Assembly (NCBI GenBank): GCA_037481835.1
Contig: JBBFKW010000018.1
Location: forward strand, 1-49,221
From: Desulfosoma sp.
GTDB lineage: Bacteria; Desulfobacterota; Syntrophobacteria; Syntrophobacterales; DSM-9756
Length of the DNA stretch: 49,221 nt
Reading direction: 5' to 3'
A program made the translations under genes and the position numbers. The notes under the pieces were generated by a model. That model saw only the letters and a program-made list of their open reading frames with translations. It made no database searches and was not told the origin of the DNA. Positions 30,359-39,278 of the stretch are shown here, in pieces. The stretch's first letter is position 1, and every line of letters starts with the position of its first letter.

Positions 30359-30418
30359 CCATGGGAAAAGGGGCGTAAAAAGCGTGGAATATGAAAACCG
30401 TGACAAGGGAGGAGCGGC

Positions 30419-31222
30419 ATGAGTCATGAGGGCGCCGGCATTGGGGAACTTCGGGCATTCGCCGTGGATGTCATTCGGGAAGCGGGACGGGAGGCCATGG
30501 CTTTCTACGGCAAAGGCCGACGGGACGTGAAATTTGACGAGGACCTGGTCACGAAAGCGGAACTGCACCTGATAGGGTTTTTTCACGAAAAACTGCGCCG
30601 GCGCTTCCCGGAACACGAGGTTTTCGGCGACGCCCCTCCCCGAAAAGACTACGTGCACGGCCACAAAGGATACCTGTGGGTTTACGATGCCTTGGATGGG
30701 GTGGCCAATTTCCAAGCCGGCATCCCTCTGTGGGGGACTTCCTTGGCCCTCTTCGAAAATTTCTGGCCCGTCCTCGGAGTGTTTCACATGCCCGTGACGG
30801 GCGACCTCTTTTACGCCGAACCTGAGCGGGGAGCGTTCCTGAACGATCTTCCCATCGGCATCTCGTATTCGGGAGAGATCAACAACGAGAGCCTCCTGTT
30901 CACGTACTCCCGCATGCATGATCATTTCAGGGCCAGTTTTCCTGGGAAGATCCGAAACCTCGGCTGCACCGCCGCCCATATCGGTTATGTGGCCATGGGC
31001 CGAGCCGAAGGGGCGCTCATGCGCAGCGTCTCCTATCAGGATCTGGCCGCCGCCCAGATCATCCTCCAAGCTTCCGGCGGAAGCATCCGGTTCCTGGACG
31101 GAAAGGCCTTTCATCTCAACGAGTATTTCGAATCCCGCCGGGTCGAAGGCACCTTGCTTGCTGCTCCGGACGGTGCCCATGAGACCATACAGGGGTACGT
31201 GAGCGAACTTCGGCAGCCGTGA
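30419..31222 (+). CDS. Inositol monophosphatase family protein
   Basis: DLVT.AE, WVYDALDGVANF, IRNLGC.A and YQDLAAA motifs. SD GGAGGAG upstream. Confidence 0.85.
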   Translation: MSHEGAGIGELRAFAVDVIREAGREAMAFYGKGRRDVKFDEDLVTKAELHLIGFFHEKLRRRFPEHEVFGDAPPRKDYVHGHKGYLWVYDALDGVANFQAGIPLWGTSLALFENFWPVLGVFHMPVTGDLFYAEPERGAFLNDLPIGISYSGEINNESLLFTYSRMHDHFRASFPGKIRNLGCTAAHIGYVAMGRAEGALMRSVSYQDLAAAQIILQASGGSIRFLDGKAFHLNEYFESRRVEGTLLAAPDGAHETIQGYVSELRQP

Positions 31223-31354
31223 TGGGAAAGCGTGAGGGCGGCTCCCGCAAAAAACACTGAAGCGTGCGCCGTGGAGTGCCGATACCCGTAACGTGCATCC
31301 AAGAAGGATCATGTGGAGGGAACGCGGTAAATCCTCAGCGGGGTATGGAGCGCC

Positions 31355-31582
31355 ATGACCACGTGTGTCGACTGTGCCTGGTATTCGGTCTGCGAACCAA
31401 AGGATATCTTTTGTGCATGCGAGGATTTTATCCGACCTGAGGATCTGCAGCGACGCATCGGCCAAGCCCTGTATGAAGAGCTCCTAAGGCACCGCGCCGC
31501 TTCCTGCGGGGAGGGGGAACCTGAAAAAACGAGGGATGATGAGCCCGGTCGGGACCGGGCTCGCCGTGATTTCCGTTCTTAG
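31355..31582 (+). CDS. Small Cys-rich hypothetical protein
   Basis: CVDCAWYSVC...FCAC. SD GGAG upstream. Stop overlaps the convergent bfr stop. Confidence 0.55.
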   Translation: MTTCVDCAWYSVCEPKDIFCACEDFIRPEDLQRRIGQALYEELLRHRAASCGEGEPEKTRDDEPGRDRARRDFRS

Positions 31583-32118
31583 GCCTCGGCGCCTGTGCCG
31601 ACGGCAAAGCCCCGCGGGGGCAATCCCGTCTCCGAAGGCGTGCCGGCGATCTTGGCAAGGAAGGTATCGCCGAGCTTTTTGATGTGCCCGTCAATGTTGT
31701 CGAAATAATTGTAGTGGATTTGCTCTTCTTTGATGATGTCTTCGAAGAGCTTCATGCTGATGGCGTCGCCGTTCTCCTGGCAGACCAGGCGGAACTGATT
31801 GTAGACGTCGATGGTGTCGTCTTCCAGGTTGGCGTCGAAAGGAAAAATGTCGCGAACGTCCTGCCCCTTGATTACTTGGCCGTCGTGGCCTGTGACCGGT
31901 TCCCCGCCCAGTTCCTTGACGCGTTCGGCGAACATTTCGGCATGGCGCATTTCGTCGATGGCGATGAGCTTCATCTTGGCGGCCAGTTCGCCGTAGTCCA
32001 TGTTGTCCAGGTTATAGTGCTGGTTCATGTACTGATGGATGGCCAAAAGTTCCATGGCCCGGGCCTTGTTGAGGACTTCGATCACTTTTTCTCGGCGCTT
32101 TTCCTTGCTTTCCATCAT
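31579..32118 (-). CDS. bfr: Bacterioferritin
   Basis: ELLAIHQY, IDEMRHAE, LEDDTI and EEQIH ferroxidase pattern, with a heme-ligand Met in EMRH. Confidence 0.88.
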   Translation of the reverse strand: MMESKEKRREKVIEVLNKARAMELLAIHQYMNQHYNLDNMDYGELAAKMKLIAIDEMRHAEMFAERVKELGGEPVTGHDGQVIKGQDVRDIFPFDANLEDDTIDVYNQFRLVCQENGDAISMKLFEDIIKEEQIHYNYFDNIDGHIKKLGDTFLAKIAGTPSETGLPPRGFAVGTGAEA

Positions 32119-32269
32119 CGCATCCTCCAAAGTTTTTACCGTCGTGTGGTGTTCCCATCCGGCTTCGGCATCAAGTCTTCTTCATGATAAACACCGGCCG
32201 CCCGCGTGGCAACGGACGGCGGGCGGGTGAGGTGACATGAAGCCGATCGTCCGCGGTGCATCCGGCTTC

Positions 32270-32623
32270 TTAGAGGGCGCAGTCCTGGTGGCCGACTTCG
32301 CAGTAGATGTTGAGCAGGGCGATGGCTACGGCGTGCTTTTTGCCGCGTCGCGAACCCCATAGGGGCCATCGATGCATTACGGCCAGGGTTCTCACAAGGT
32401 GTTCATGGAAGTAGTGGGCCCTTTCGAACTCGCCGTAGGAGCGTCCCGAGACGGGATCCCTCACGGGATACCACACGGGAACCCACCCCTCCACGTTCTC
32501 GTCCAAAGTGTCCCAGACGACGAAGGGATTCACGTGAAAAGGCACCGTCTCCCAGGCAAGCTCAGGCAACGCCAAGTTGTCGTCCAAAAACTCTTCCAGC
32601 AGCGGATCCGGCTTTCGACCCAT
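32270..32623 (-). CDS. Hypothetical protein (117 aa)
   Basis: SD GAGGAGG upstream, protein-like composition, no recognised domain. Confidence 0.7.
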   Translation of the reverse strand: MGRKPDPLLEEFLDDNLALPELAWETVPFHVNPFVVWDTLDENVEGWVPVWYPVRDPVSGRSYGEFERAHYFHEHLVRTLAVMHRWPLWGSRRGKKHAVAIALLNIYCEVGHQDCAL

Positions 32624-32744
32624 GGGAGCCTCCTCGACATGGAATACCGTGCGGCCTCCATTGGCGTATTTTTCACACTAACGGTCATGGCGGGGCTCGC
32701 CACGCCGCATTGATGAAAGATGTCGACAAGCGAGGGTTTTCCCT

Positions 32745-32794
32745 GTAGGAGCCGGCTCCCCGGCGATGCGGTTCGCTGCCAAGGCCGCTCCTAC
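32745..32794. repeat. Compact REP doublet, GTAGGAGC family
   Basis: GTAGGAGCCGGCTCCCCGGCGAT...TTCGCTGCCAAGGCCGCTCCTAC. Confidence 0.65.
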
Positions 32795-32820
32795 AAGACG
32801 CCGAGAGCGCCATTCTTTCA

Positions 32821-33147
32821 CATTGACCCCCATGGCGGGCCGCCTGTGACAACGAAGAATGAAAGTCCGTAGTTACGGTATGTTACAGAGACTTTCATGT
32901 AAAGGATTCTCGGACAAGCTCCAGGGGTTCGAGTTTCATCCTTCGTTGTGAGACCGAGACGTGCGAGCGTATGCCCGGTTTTTGTTGGGGTTCGCTGCGC
33001 TCACCCCAACCTACAGTCGGCGGCCCAAAATGTTCAATAAACTCGTAGGTTGGGGTGAGCGGAGCGAACCCCAACCCAGATCAATATCCGGCAAGACAAC
33101 GAACCATGAAAGTCCTGCCCTGCCGGATTCCAACTGCGACTTTCACA
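32821..33147 (+). repeat. Composite REP-doublet element, copy 3
   Basis: REPs at 32984-33014(-) and 33045-33075(+). Confidence 0.85.
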
Positions 33148-33274
33148 TTAACCTGGAACGAAAGTCCACGAAAAGAAGAAGGGCGACTCTCTTGATGGTT
33201 CGGTTTTTTGATGCCATGGTAAGCGCGGTCGTTTTCCGTTGAACGTCACGTGAACACGGGTAAAGGAAAAGCTC

Positions 33275-34141
33275 ATGAGGTTCTGTCCGGAATGCGGGAA
33301 GCCCCTTCAAGAGAAGGCCATTGACGGGCGGGAGCGGAAAGTTTGTTCGGATCCGGCATGTTCCTACGTCTTTTGGAACAACCCCACCCCGGTCGTCGCT
33401 GCCGTAGTGGAGTGGAACGGCGCAGTGGTGTTGCTGCGGAGCAAAGGCTGGCCCCGGCGCTTTTTCGGCATTGTGGCTGGCTTTCTCGAAGCCGGGGAGA
33501 CCCCGGAAGAGGGAATTTTGCGAGAAGTTCGCGAGGAATTGGGCCTCCAGGGTCGCATCGTTGATTTTCTCGGCCATTATGCCTTTGCGGAAAAGAATCA
33601 GACCATCGCTGCATACCATGTGCGGGCGGAAGGAAACTTGGTGCCGGGGGACGAAATCGCCGAGGTGAAGATTTTGCCGCCGGAAAAGGTCAAGCCGTGG
33701 GATGCGGGCACGGGGCCCGCAGTTAAGGAATTTCTCAGACGCCGCATGGGAGGAGCGGCTGTGGAACGATACGTCCCACCCGGGGAACAACTGGTGCTTG
33801 CCGTTTACGTGCAGGATTTGGGAAAATCGTGCCGGTTTTTCCAAGACTTCGGCTTCGTCCTCAGCCGAAGGGACGGTCCGTTTGTGGAACTGCGGTGGGA
33901 GGATTCTCTTTTGTTCCTCGTGGAGCGGCCAGAGGCGAAGCCGCCGGAAACGCCGGTGGGGAACATCCGCGTCATGGTTCCCGATGTGGAGGCGATCTAC
34001 GAAAGAGCCCGGAAGTCAGGCCACCCCATTGTGACACCCCTGGCGGATCGTTATTATGGGCTGAAGGATTTCGTCGTGGCCGGCCCGGACGGCATCCACC
34101 TGCGTTTCGCGACCTTTCGAACCGAAAAGGAACAGGGGTGA
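33275..34141 (+). CDS. Zn-ribbon NUDIX hydrolase fused to a VOC/glyoxalase domain
   Basis: FCPECG...C....C, Nudix box GFLEAGETPEEGILREVREELG, and C-terminal VQDL.KS..FF...DRYYGLKDF.V.GPDG. Confidence 0.85.
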   Translation: MRFCPECGKPLQEKAIDGRERKVCSDPACSYVFWNNPTPVVAAVVEWNGAVVLLRSKGWPRRFFGIVAGFLEAGETPEEGILREVREELGLQGRIVDFLGHYAFAEKNQTIAAYHVRAEGNLVPGDEIAEVKILPPEKVKPWDAGTGPAVKEFLRRRMGGAAVERYVPPGEQLVLAVYVQDLGKSCRFFQDFGFVLSRRDGPFVELRWEDSLLFLVERPEAKPPETPVGNIRVMVPDVEAIYERARKSGHPIVTPLADRYYGLKDFVVAGPDGIHLRFATFRTEKEQG

Positions 34142-34170
34142 CCGCAAACCATGCCGCCTTACCCGGCTCC

Positions 34171-34266
34171 CCAAGACCCCATGGCTCAATGCCCAAATGC
34201 TTCAATGCCTCAACGACCCAACGACCCAACGACCCAACGACCTAATGACCTAATGACCTAATGACC
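34171..34266 (+). repeat. Octamer tandem repeat, about 12 units
   Basis: Degenerate units, then CAACGACC x4 (34211-34242) and TAATGACC x3 (34243-34266). Confidence 0.85.
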
Positions 34267-34286
34267 CGCTCTCCAAAGGATGACCC

Positions 34287-37049
34287 ATGCGTGACACTCA
34301 TTGGACGAAAACGATGGATGTTTCCGGACATCTCGTGCGGATCGTGGATATGGACGCCCTGGCGAAGGATTTGGGTGTGGACCTGGGGCGCCTTCCCTAC
34401 TCCATCCGGGTGCTTTTGGAAAACGTGGCGCGAAAGATGGACGGCGTGACCGTGAAGCCCTCCGATGTGGAAAACGCGGCGCGATGGAGCCCCCGCGCGG
34501 CAAACCCGGTGGAAGTGGCCTTTTATCCCGCCCGGGTGCTCATGCAGGATTTCACTGGAGTTCCCGCCGTGGTGGATTTGGCGGCCATGCGCGACGCCAT
34601 GAAGGTGTTGGGCGGCGACCCGCGGCGCATTTCGCCTTTGGTTCCCGTGGATCTGGTCATCGACCATTCGGTTCAGGTGGATGCCTACGGCACGGAGCGG
34701 GCCCTGGCGATCAATACCACCAGGGAGTACGAAAGAAACCGGGAACGCTACGCGCTCCTCAAGTGGGCGCAGAAAAGCTTCGACACCCTGCGCGTGGTGC
34801 CGCCCCGATCCGGCATCTGTCATCAGGTCAATCTGGAATTTCTCTCCCACGTGATCCTTCGGGAACGAGCGGCCTCGGGCGAAGTGCCCTGGGCCTATCC
34901 CGACACCCTTGTGGGGACGGATTCCCACACGACCATGATCAACGGCCTCGGCGTTCTGGGCTGGGGGGTGGGGGGTATCGAAGCGGAAGCGGTCATGCTG
35001 GGGCAGCCATATTGGATGACCCTGCCCGAGGTGATCGGCGTGCGGCTTGTGGGCCGCCTCGGCCCCGGGGTCACCGCCACAGATTTGGTGCTCCATGTGA
35101 CGGAGCGGCTTCGGGCATACAACGTGGTGGAAAAGTTCGTGGAGTTTTTCGGGCCCGGGCTTCGGGAGCTCTCACTTCCGGACCGGGCCACCGTGGCCAA
35201 CATGGCCCCGGAATACGGCGCGACGGTCGGCTATTTTCCCATCGACGCCGTCACCATCGACTATCTGCGGCTGACCGGAAGGGAAGATCAAGGGGCCGTG
35301 GCGGAGGCCTGCAGCACGGCGCTGAAGATCTTTGCCGAAACGGGCCGGGAGCCGGAATATACGGACATCGTCGAACTGGACCTGGCGTCCGTGGAGCCGT
35401 CCCTTGCCGGTCCCGCGCGGCCTCAGGACCGCATGGCTCTGACGGAAGTCAAAACCCGTTTCGCCGACGTTTTGGGATGCCGCTACGACCCGAGCGTCCC
35501 CAAGATCCAGGTCTCGGTTTTCATGAACGAATCCGGGTGCCGAACCGAAAAACTCAAGGCATGCGCCCCGCTGGGGCAGCGTTTTTTCCCGGTGGACATT
35601 CACGGGCGCCTGTCCCGCATCGGAGACGGCAGTGTGGTTTTGGCGGCCATCACGTCGTGCACCAATACGTCCAACCCGTCGGTCATGATCGGGGCGGGGC
35701 TGCTTGCGCGAAACGCCGTGCGACGGGGTCTGAGCGTCCCCCCTCATGTGAAAACGTCCCTCGCCCCCGGGAGCACCGTTGTCATGGAATACCTGGCCCA
35801 TGCGGGGCTGCTGCCCTTCCTGGAGGCCTTGGGCTTTCACGGCGTCGGGTTCGGGTGCACCACGTGCATCGGCAACAGCGGCCCCTTGCATCCCGCCGTG
35901 GAAAAGGTCATTAAGGAAGAAAATCTCAACGTGGCAGCGGTGCTTTCCGGAAACCGCAACTTCGAAGCCCGCATCCACCCGCGGGTGCGCTCCAATTTTC
36001 TGGCGTCCCCCATGCTCGTCGTGGCCTTCGCCTTGGCGGGTCGGATCGACGTGGATATGGCGCGGGAACCTCTGGCTCTGGATCCCAACGGCGATCCGGT
36101 CTATCTGGAAGAACTGTGGCCTTCGCCTGAAGAAGTCCAGAGGATCGCTCGGACCTCGGTGAGGAAGGAATTTTTCCAAAAGGCCTACGGCGCCGTGTTC
36201 GATGGAGACGAACTGTGGCGGGACCTTGGCGTTTCGGAAAGCACGACGTTTTCCTGGGATCCGCAGTCCACCTACATTCGAAAGCCACCCTATTTCGACA
36301 ACATGGCCCTTGAGCCCCATCCGCCCGCCGACATCCAAGGGGCGCGGGCTCTGCTGGTCTTGGGCCGTTCCGTGACCACCGATCACATTTCGCCGGCGGG
36401 GTCCATCCCTGAAGATTACCCGGCGGGGCGGTACCTCAAGGACCGCGGCGTGGATCCTGCCGATTTTAATTCCTACGGGGCTCGTCGAGGTAACCACGAG
36501 GTGATGATGCGCGGCACGTTCGCAAACATCCGCATCCGAAACCTCCTGGCAGGAGGCAAGGAAGGCGCCTGGACGAAGAAATTTCCCGAAGGGACCGTAA
36601 TGTTTGTCTACGAAGCCGCCATGGCGTATGCGGCGGAAGGGACGCCCCTCATCGTCCTGGCCGGGGAAGAATACGGCACGGGTTCATCCCGGGATTGGGC
36701 CGCCAAGGGAACAGCGCTTTTGGGGGTGCGTGCCGTGATCGCCCAGTCCTTCGAGCGCATCCATCGCAGCAACTTGGTGGGCATGGGCGTCCTGCCCTTG
36801 GTTTTTGAAAAAGGGGAAAGTTCGGAGTCCCTGGGGCTGGACGGCACAGAAATCTTTGACATTTCGGGGCTCGGCGACATGGCGCCTCGAAAGAAGCTTC
36901 AGGTTCGGGCCATGAAAGCCGACGGGACGGCCGTATCCTTTAGCGTGACGGTCCGCCTGGAAACGGATATCGAAGTGGACTACTTCCGCCACGGCGGCAT
37001 TTTGCCCTACGTGTTGAGGAAGCTTTGCAGGCAGGGCGCCGCAATGTGA
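34287..37049 (+). CDS. acnA: Aconitate hydratase A
   Basis: RVLMQDFTGVP, DHSVQVD, DSHT, AITSCTNTSNP, GCTTCIGNSG and GSSRDWAAKG motifs. Confidence 0.96.
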   Translation: MRDTHWTKTMDVSGHLVRIVDMDALAKDLGVDLGRLPYSIRVLLENVARKMDGVTVKPSDVENAARWSPRAANPVEVAFYPARVLMQDFTGVPAVVDLAAMRDAMKVLGGDPRRISPLVPVDLVIDHSVQVDAYGTERALAINTTREYERNRERYALLKWAQKSFDTLRVVPPRSGICHQVNLEFLSHVILRERAASGEVPWAYPDTLVGTDSHTTMINGLGVLGWGVGGIEAEAVMLGQPYWMTLPEVIGVRLVGRLGPGVTATDLVLHVTERLRAYNVVEKFVEFFGPGLRELSLPDRATVANMAPEYGATVGYFPIDAVTIDYLRLTGREDQGAVAEACSTALKIFAETGREPEYTDIVELDLASVEPSLAGPARPQDRMALTEVKTRFADVLGCRYDPSVPKIQVSVFMNESGCRTEKLKACAPLGQRFFPVDIHGRLSRIGDGSVVLAAITSCTNTSNPSVMIGAGLLARNAVRRGLSVPPHVKTSLAPGSTVVMEYLAHAGLLPFLEALGFHGVGFGCTTCIGNSGPLHPAVEKVIKEENLNVAAVLSGNRNFEARIHPRVRSNFLASPMLVVAFALAGRIDVDMAREPLALDPNGDPVYLEELWPSPEEVQRIARTSVRKEFFQKAYGAVFDGDELWRDLGVSESTTFSWDPQSTYIRKPPYFDNMALEPHPPADIQGARALLVLGRSVTTDHISPAGSIPEDYPAGRYLKDRGVDPADFNSYGARRGNHEVMMRGTFANIRIRNLLAGGKEGAWTKKFPEGTVMFVYEAAMAYAAEGTPLIVLAGEEYGTGSSRDWAAKGTALLGVRAVIAQSFERIHRSNLVGMGVLPLVFEKGESSESLGLDGTEIFDISGLGDMAPRKKLQVRAMKADGTAVSFSVTVRLETDIEVDYFRHGGILPYVLRKLCRQGAAM

Positions 37050-37079
37050 TACGGGTTGGCGAGGCCCGCCGTGGTTGTT

Positions 37080-37174
37080 GTTGGGGTTCGCGTCACTCAC
37101 CCCAACCTACGTTCCCACGGTCGGCCCGGGCAGAATGTAGAGTGTAGGTTGGGGTGAGCGCAGCGAACCCCAAC
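37080..37174. repeat. REP inverted doublet between convergent genes
   Basis: REPs at 37080-37110(-) and 37144-37174(+). Confidence 0.85.
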
Positions 37175-37201
37175 ACCTTAATCTGTTTTGCCGCATTGGC
37201 G

Positions 37202-37561
37202 CTATTTTTTAAAAAACAAATACACCGCCAGGGCCACCAAAATGGCCGCAAAGATTTTCTTGAAATGGGCGGTGGAAACATGTTCCACCAATCGGGCGCC
37301 GATCTGTGCGCCCACGATGCCGCCGATACCGAGCAGGAGGCCGGCCCGGTAATCCACGTTGGCCAATTTGTTATGGGCGACGAGGGCGGAGATGGAAATG
37401 ACCAAAATGGCGAGAAAGGATGTGCCTACGGCGCGCTGGGCGCTAAACCCGTAGAAGAGCAAAAGCGGGACCATGAGGAAGCCGCCGCCCAGACCCGTAA
37501 AGGAGGCTCCGATACCCACGAGAATGCCGCTGGAAACCAAGATCCACCATGTCGCCGTCAC
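37202..37561 (-). CDS. Half-size TauE/SafE (TSUP) family membrane protein
   Basis: GLGGGFLMVPLL, AVGTS and GAQIGA motifs. GTG start at 37561 is inferred. Confidence 0.82.
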   Translation of the reverse strand: MTATWWILVSSGILVGIGASFTGLGGGFLMVPLLLFYGFSAQRAVGTSFLAILVISISALVAHNKLANVDYRAGLLLGIGGIVGAQIGARLVEHVSTAHFKKIFAAILVALAVYLFFKK

Positions 37562-37801
37562 CGTGTCGCTCCCTTTCCTTTGGCTGTCGTTTTTTCCCAC
37601 TTTGCCGTCACGATCATAAGCCCTCACCCGCTACCGCTTGTCCATCAAGGAGCCCTTCCTTTTCCCATGAAACGAAAGGCGCGGCCTTCCGCGCCTCCAT
37701 CGGCAAGATTGGCTCAGCACGTCTCGGATTCGACATAGCGCTCAGGCGATCGTACCGCCTCCATTGGCAATGACAAACCCATGCTGGGACGTTTCCTGGG
37801 G

Positions 37802-37887
37802 TGCCTGGGGCGGGGATCGAACCCGCACGGGCACAAGGTCCCAAGGGATTTTAAGTCCCTTGTGTCTGCCGATTCCACCACCCAGGC
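37802..37887 (-). tRNA. tRNA-Leu(TAA)
   Basis: Acceptor GCCTGGG/CCCAGGC-A, anticodon arm AGGGA-CTTAAAA-TCCCT, long variable arm and GGTTCGATCC T-loop. CCA is not encoded. Confidence 0.96.
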
Positions 37888-37949
37888 ATCGGCGCAAACG
37901 CTACCATAGGCTCGCGGGCCGTGACAAGCATCAAGGGACGGACCGTGTG

Positions 37950-38990
37950 TCACAAGGTCGGGTCACAGAAAAAGGTCACGAGACTTTTCACGAGCTGCGC
38001 CATAAAAGTAAAATCCAGGGTTTCCAAAGTGTCGTCGACGGTGTGGTAATAGGGATTGCGATAAAAGGCCGAGTCCGTGACCATGACGGCGGGGTACCCT
38101 GCATCCCAAAACGGCGCATGGTCGCTCAGCCGCACGGACGGGATGGGCCAGCCGTTCAACGGCACCGTCAAGGTGACCACGGGAAGGTTTGGGTTTTTCT
38201 TAAAGGCCTTTTCCACGGCACGGAGCAGGGCACGGGAAGATCCGTTGCCCACGATGCCGATGAAGTCCCCGGTCGGCGGGTAATTCATAAAACCCAGCGG
38301 AAAGGGATAACTTTGACATCCCGGCTGCCGGCACGTATAGCCCACCATTTCCAGACAAATCATGCCGTCGATCCGTTCTTTCGCCTTCTTGGCGTTCTTA
38401 GCACGCACCCGGCTTCCCATGGCGCGCGTCCCGTACGCCGGAGGTTCCTCCAGGGCAAAGCCGGCGAATTGCACGGAAACCTGTGACGCCTCTCCGCAGG
38501 CCGCGGCGTGGAGGATGCGGGCGGTTTCCAGCAACACCGCCACCGCGCTGGCGTTGTCGTCCGCGCCCACGGTTCCCGCCAGGGAATCATAGTGGGCCCC
38601 GACAAGATACCGTCGGGGCGAATCCTCCGATCCGGTTTCGGCCAAGATATTGGCCACGGTCGTCTCGCCGTAAGGGTAAGGCTCTTCCCACACTCGAAGC
38701 CCCGCCTTTCGGAAGACGTCCCCGAGATATTGTGCGGCGCGCCTGTGGCCCACCGGATTCGCCACGCTGCGCTCTCCAATGTCCACCGTGAGCACCTGCA
38801 CATGGTACCTGAGGGCGGCTTCCAAGGCCGCCATGTCATCGAAAAATCGCGCCGCGGGATTCATGGCCCCTTCCTGCATCCCCCAACACAAGCCTCCCGC
38901 CGTAAAGACCCAACAGGCCGCAAGGCCTGCCGCGATCCCTCTGGGCTTCCAAACCGGCACGCTCACCCCCCGGAAATCGTTCCTTGGCAT
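37950..38990 (-). CDS. M28 family metallopeptidase
   Basis: GAHYDS, GADDNASA, LEEPP, LEMVG, SDH and YYHT motifs. Start uncertain. Confidence 0.87.
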   Translation of the reverse strand: MPRNDFRGVSVPVWKPRGIAAGLAACWVFTAGGLCWGMQEGAMNPAARFFDDMAALEAALRYHVQVLTVDIGERSVANPVGHRRAAQYLGDVFRKAGLRVWEEPYPYGETTVANILAETGSEDSPRRYLVGAHYDSLAGTVGADDNASAVAVLLETARILHAAACGEASQVSVQFAGFALEEPPAYGTRAMGSRVRAKNAKKAKERIDGMICLEMVGYTCRQPGCQSYPFPLGFMNYPPTGDFIGIVGNGSSRALLRAVEKAFKKNPNLPVVTLTVPLNGWPIPSVRLSDHAPFWDAGYPAVMVTDSAFYRNPYYHTVDDTLETLDFTFMAQLVKSLVTFFCDPTL

Positions 38991-39039
38991 GAGATATGCT
39001 TATCTCAACATAAAATAATCCGTCGGGAAAGGGCATCCC

Positions 39040-39252
39040 ATGAAGGTGATTTCCATGCAAGAATACATGGAACGGCGAGCTCGGGCGCGCGAGAGGGCGC
39101 TCTATTTGGCCATCGAGCAGGAGCAACGGCACTTTAACGCAGCCTGGGATAATCTGCAAAAACTTCCCCCCCATCTCGTGGTCCGGATCTTCCAAAAGAG
39201 CCTCAAATATGGTCTCTTGAACCTTCAAGACATGCACAAGAGGTTCGATTGA
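39040..39252 (+). CDS. Hypothetical protein (70 aa)
   Basis: Clean ORF just upstream of fumC, no recognised domain. Confidence 0.55.
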   Translation: MKVISMQEYMERRARARERALYLAIEQEQRHFNAAWDNLQKLPPHLVVRIFQKSLKYGLLNLQDMHKRFD

Positions 39253-39278
39253 GGGCTCTCGAATGGGGGGATAAGACC

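Noticed and set aside
37802..37887. tRNA-Leu as an island integration site
   Set aside because: No duplicated tRNA 3' end and no integrase were noticed.
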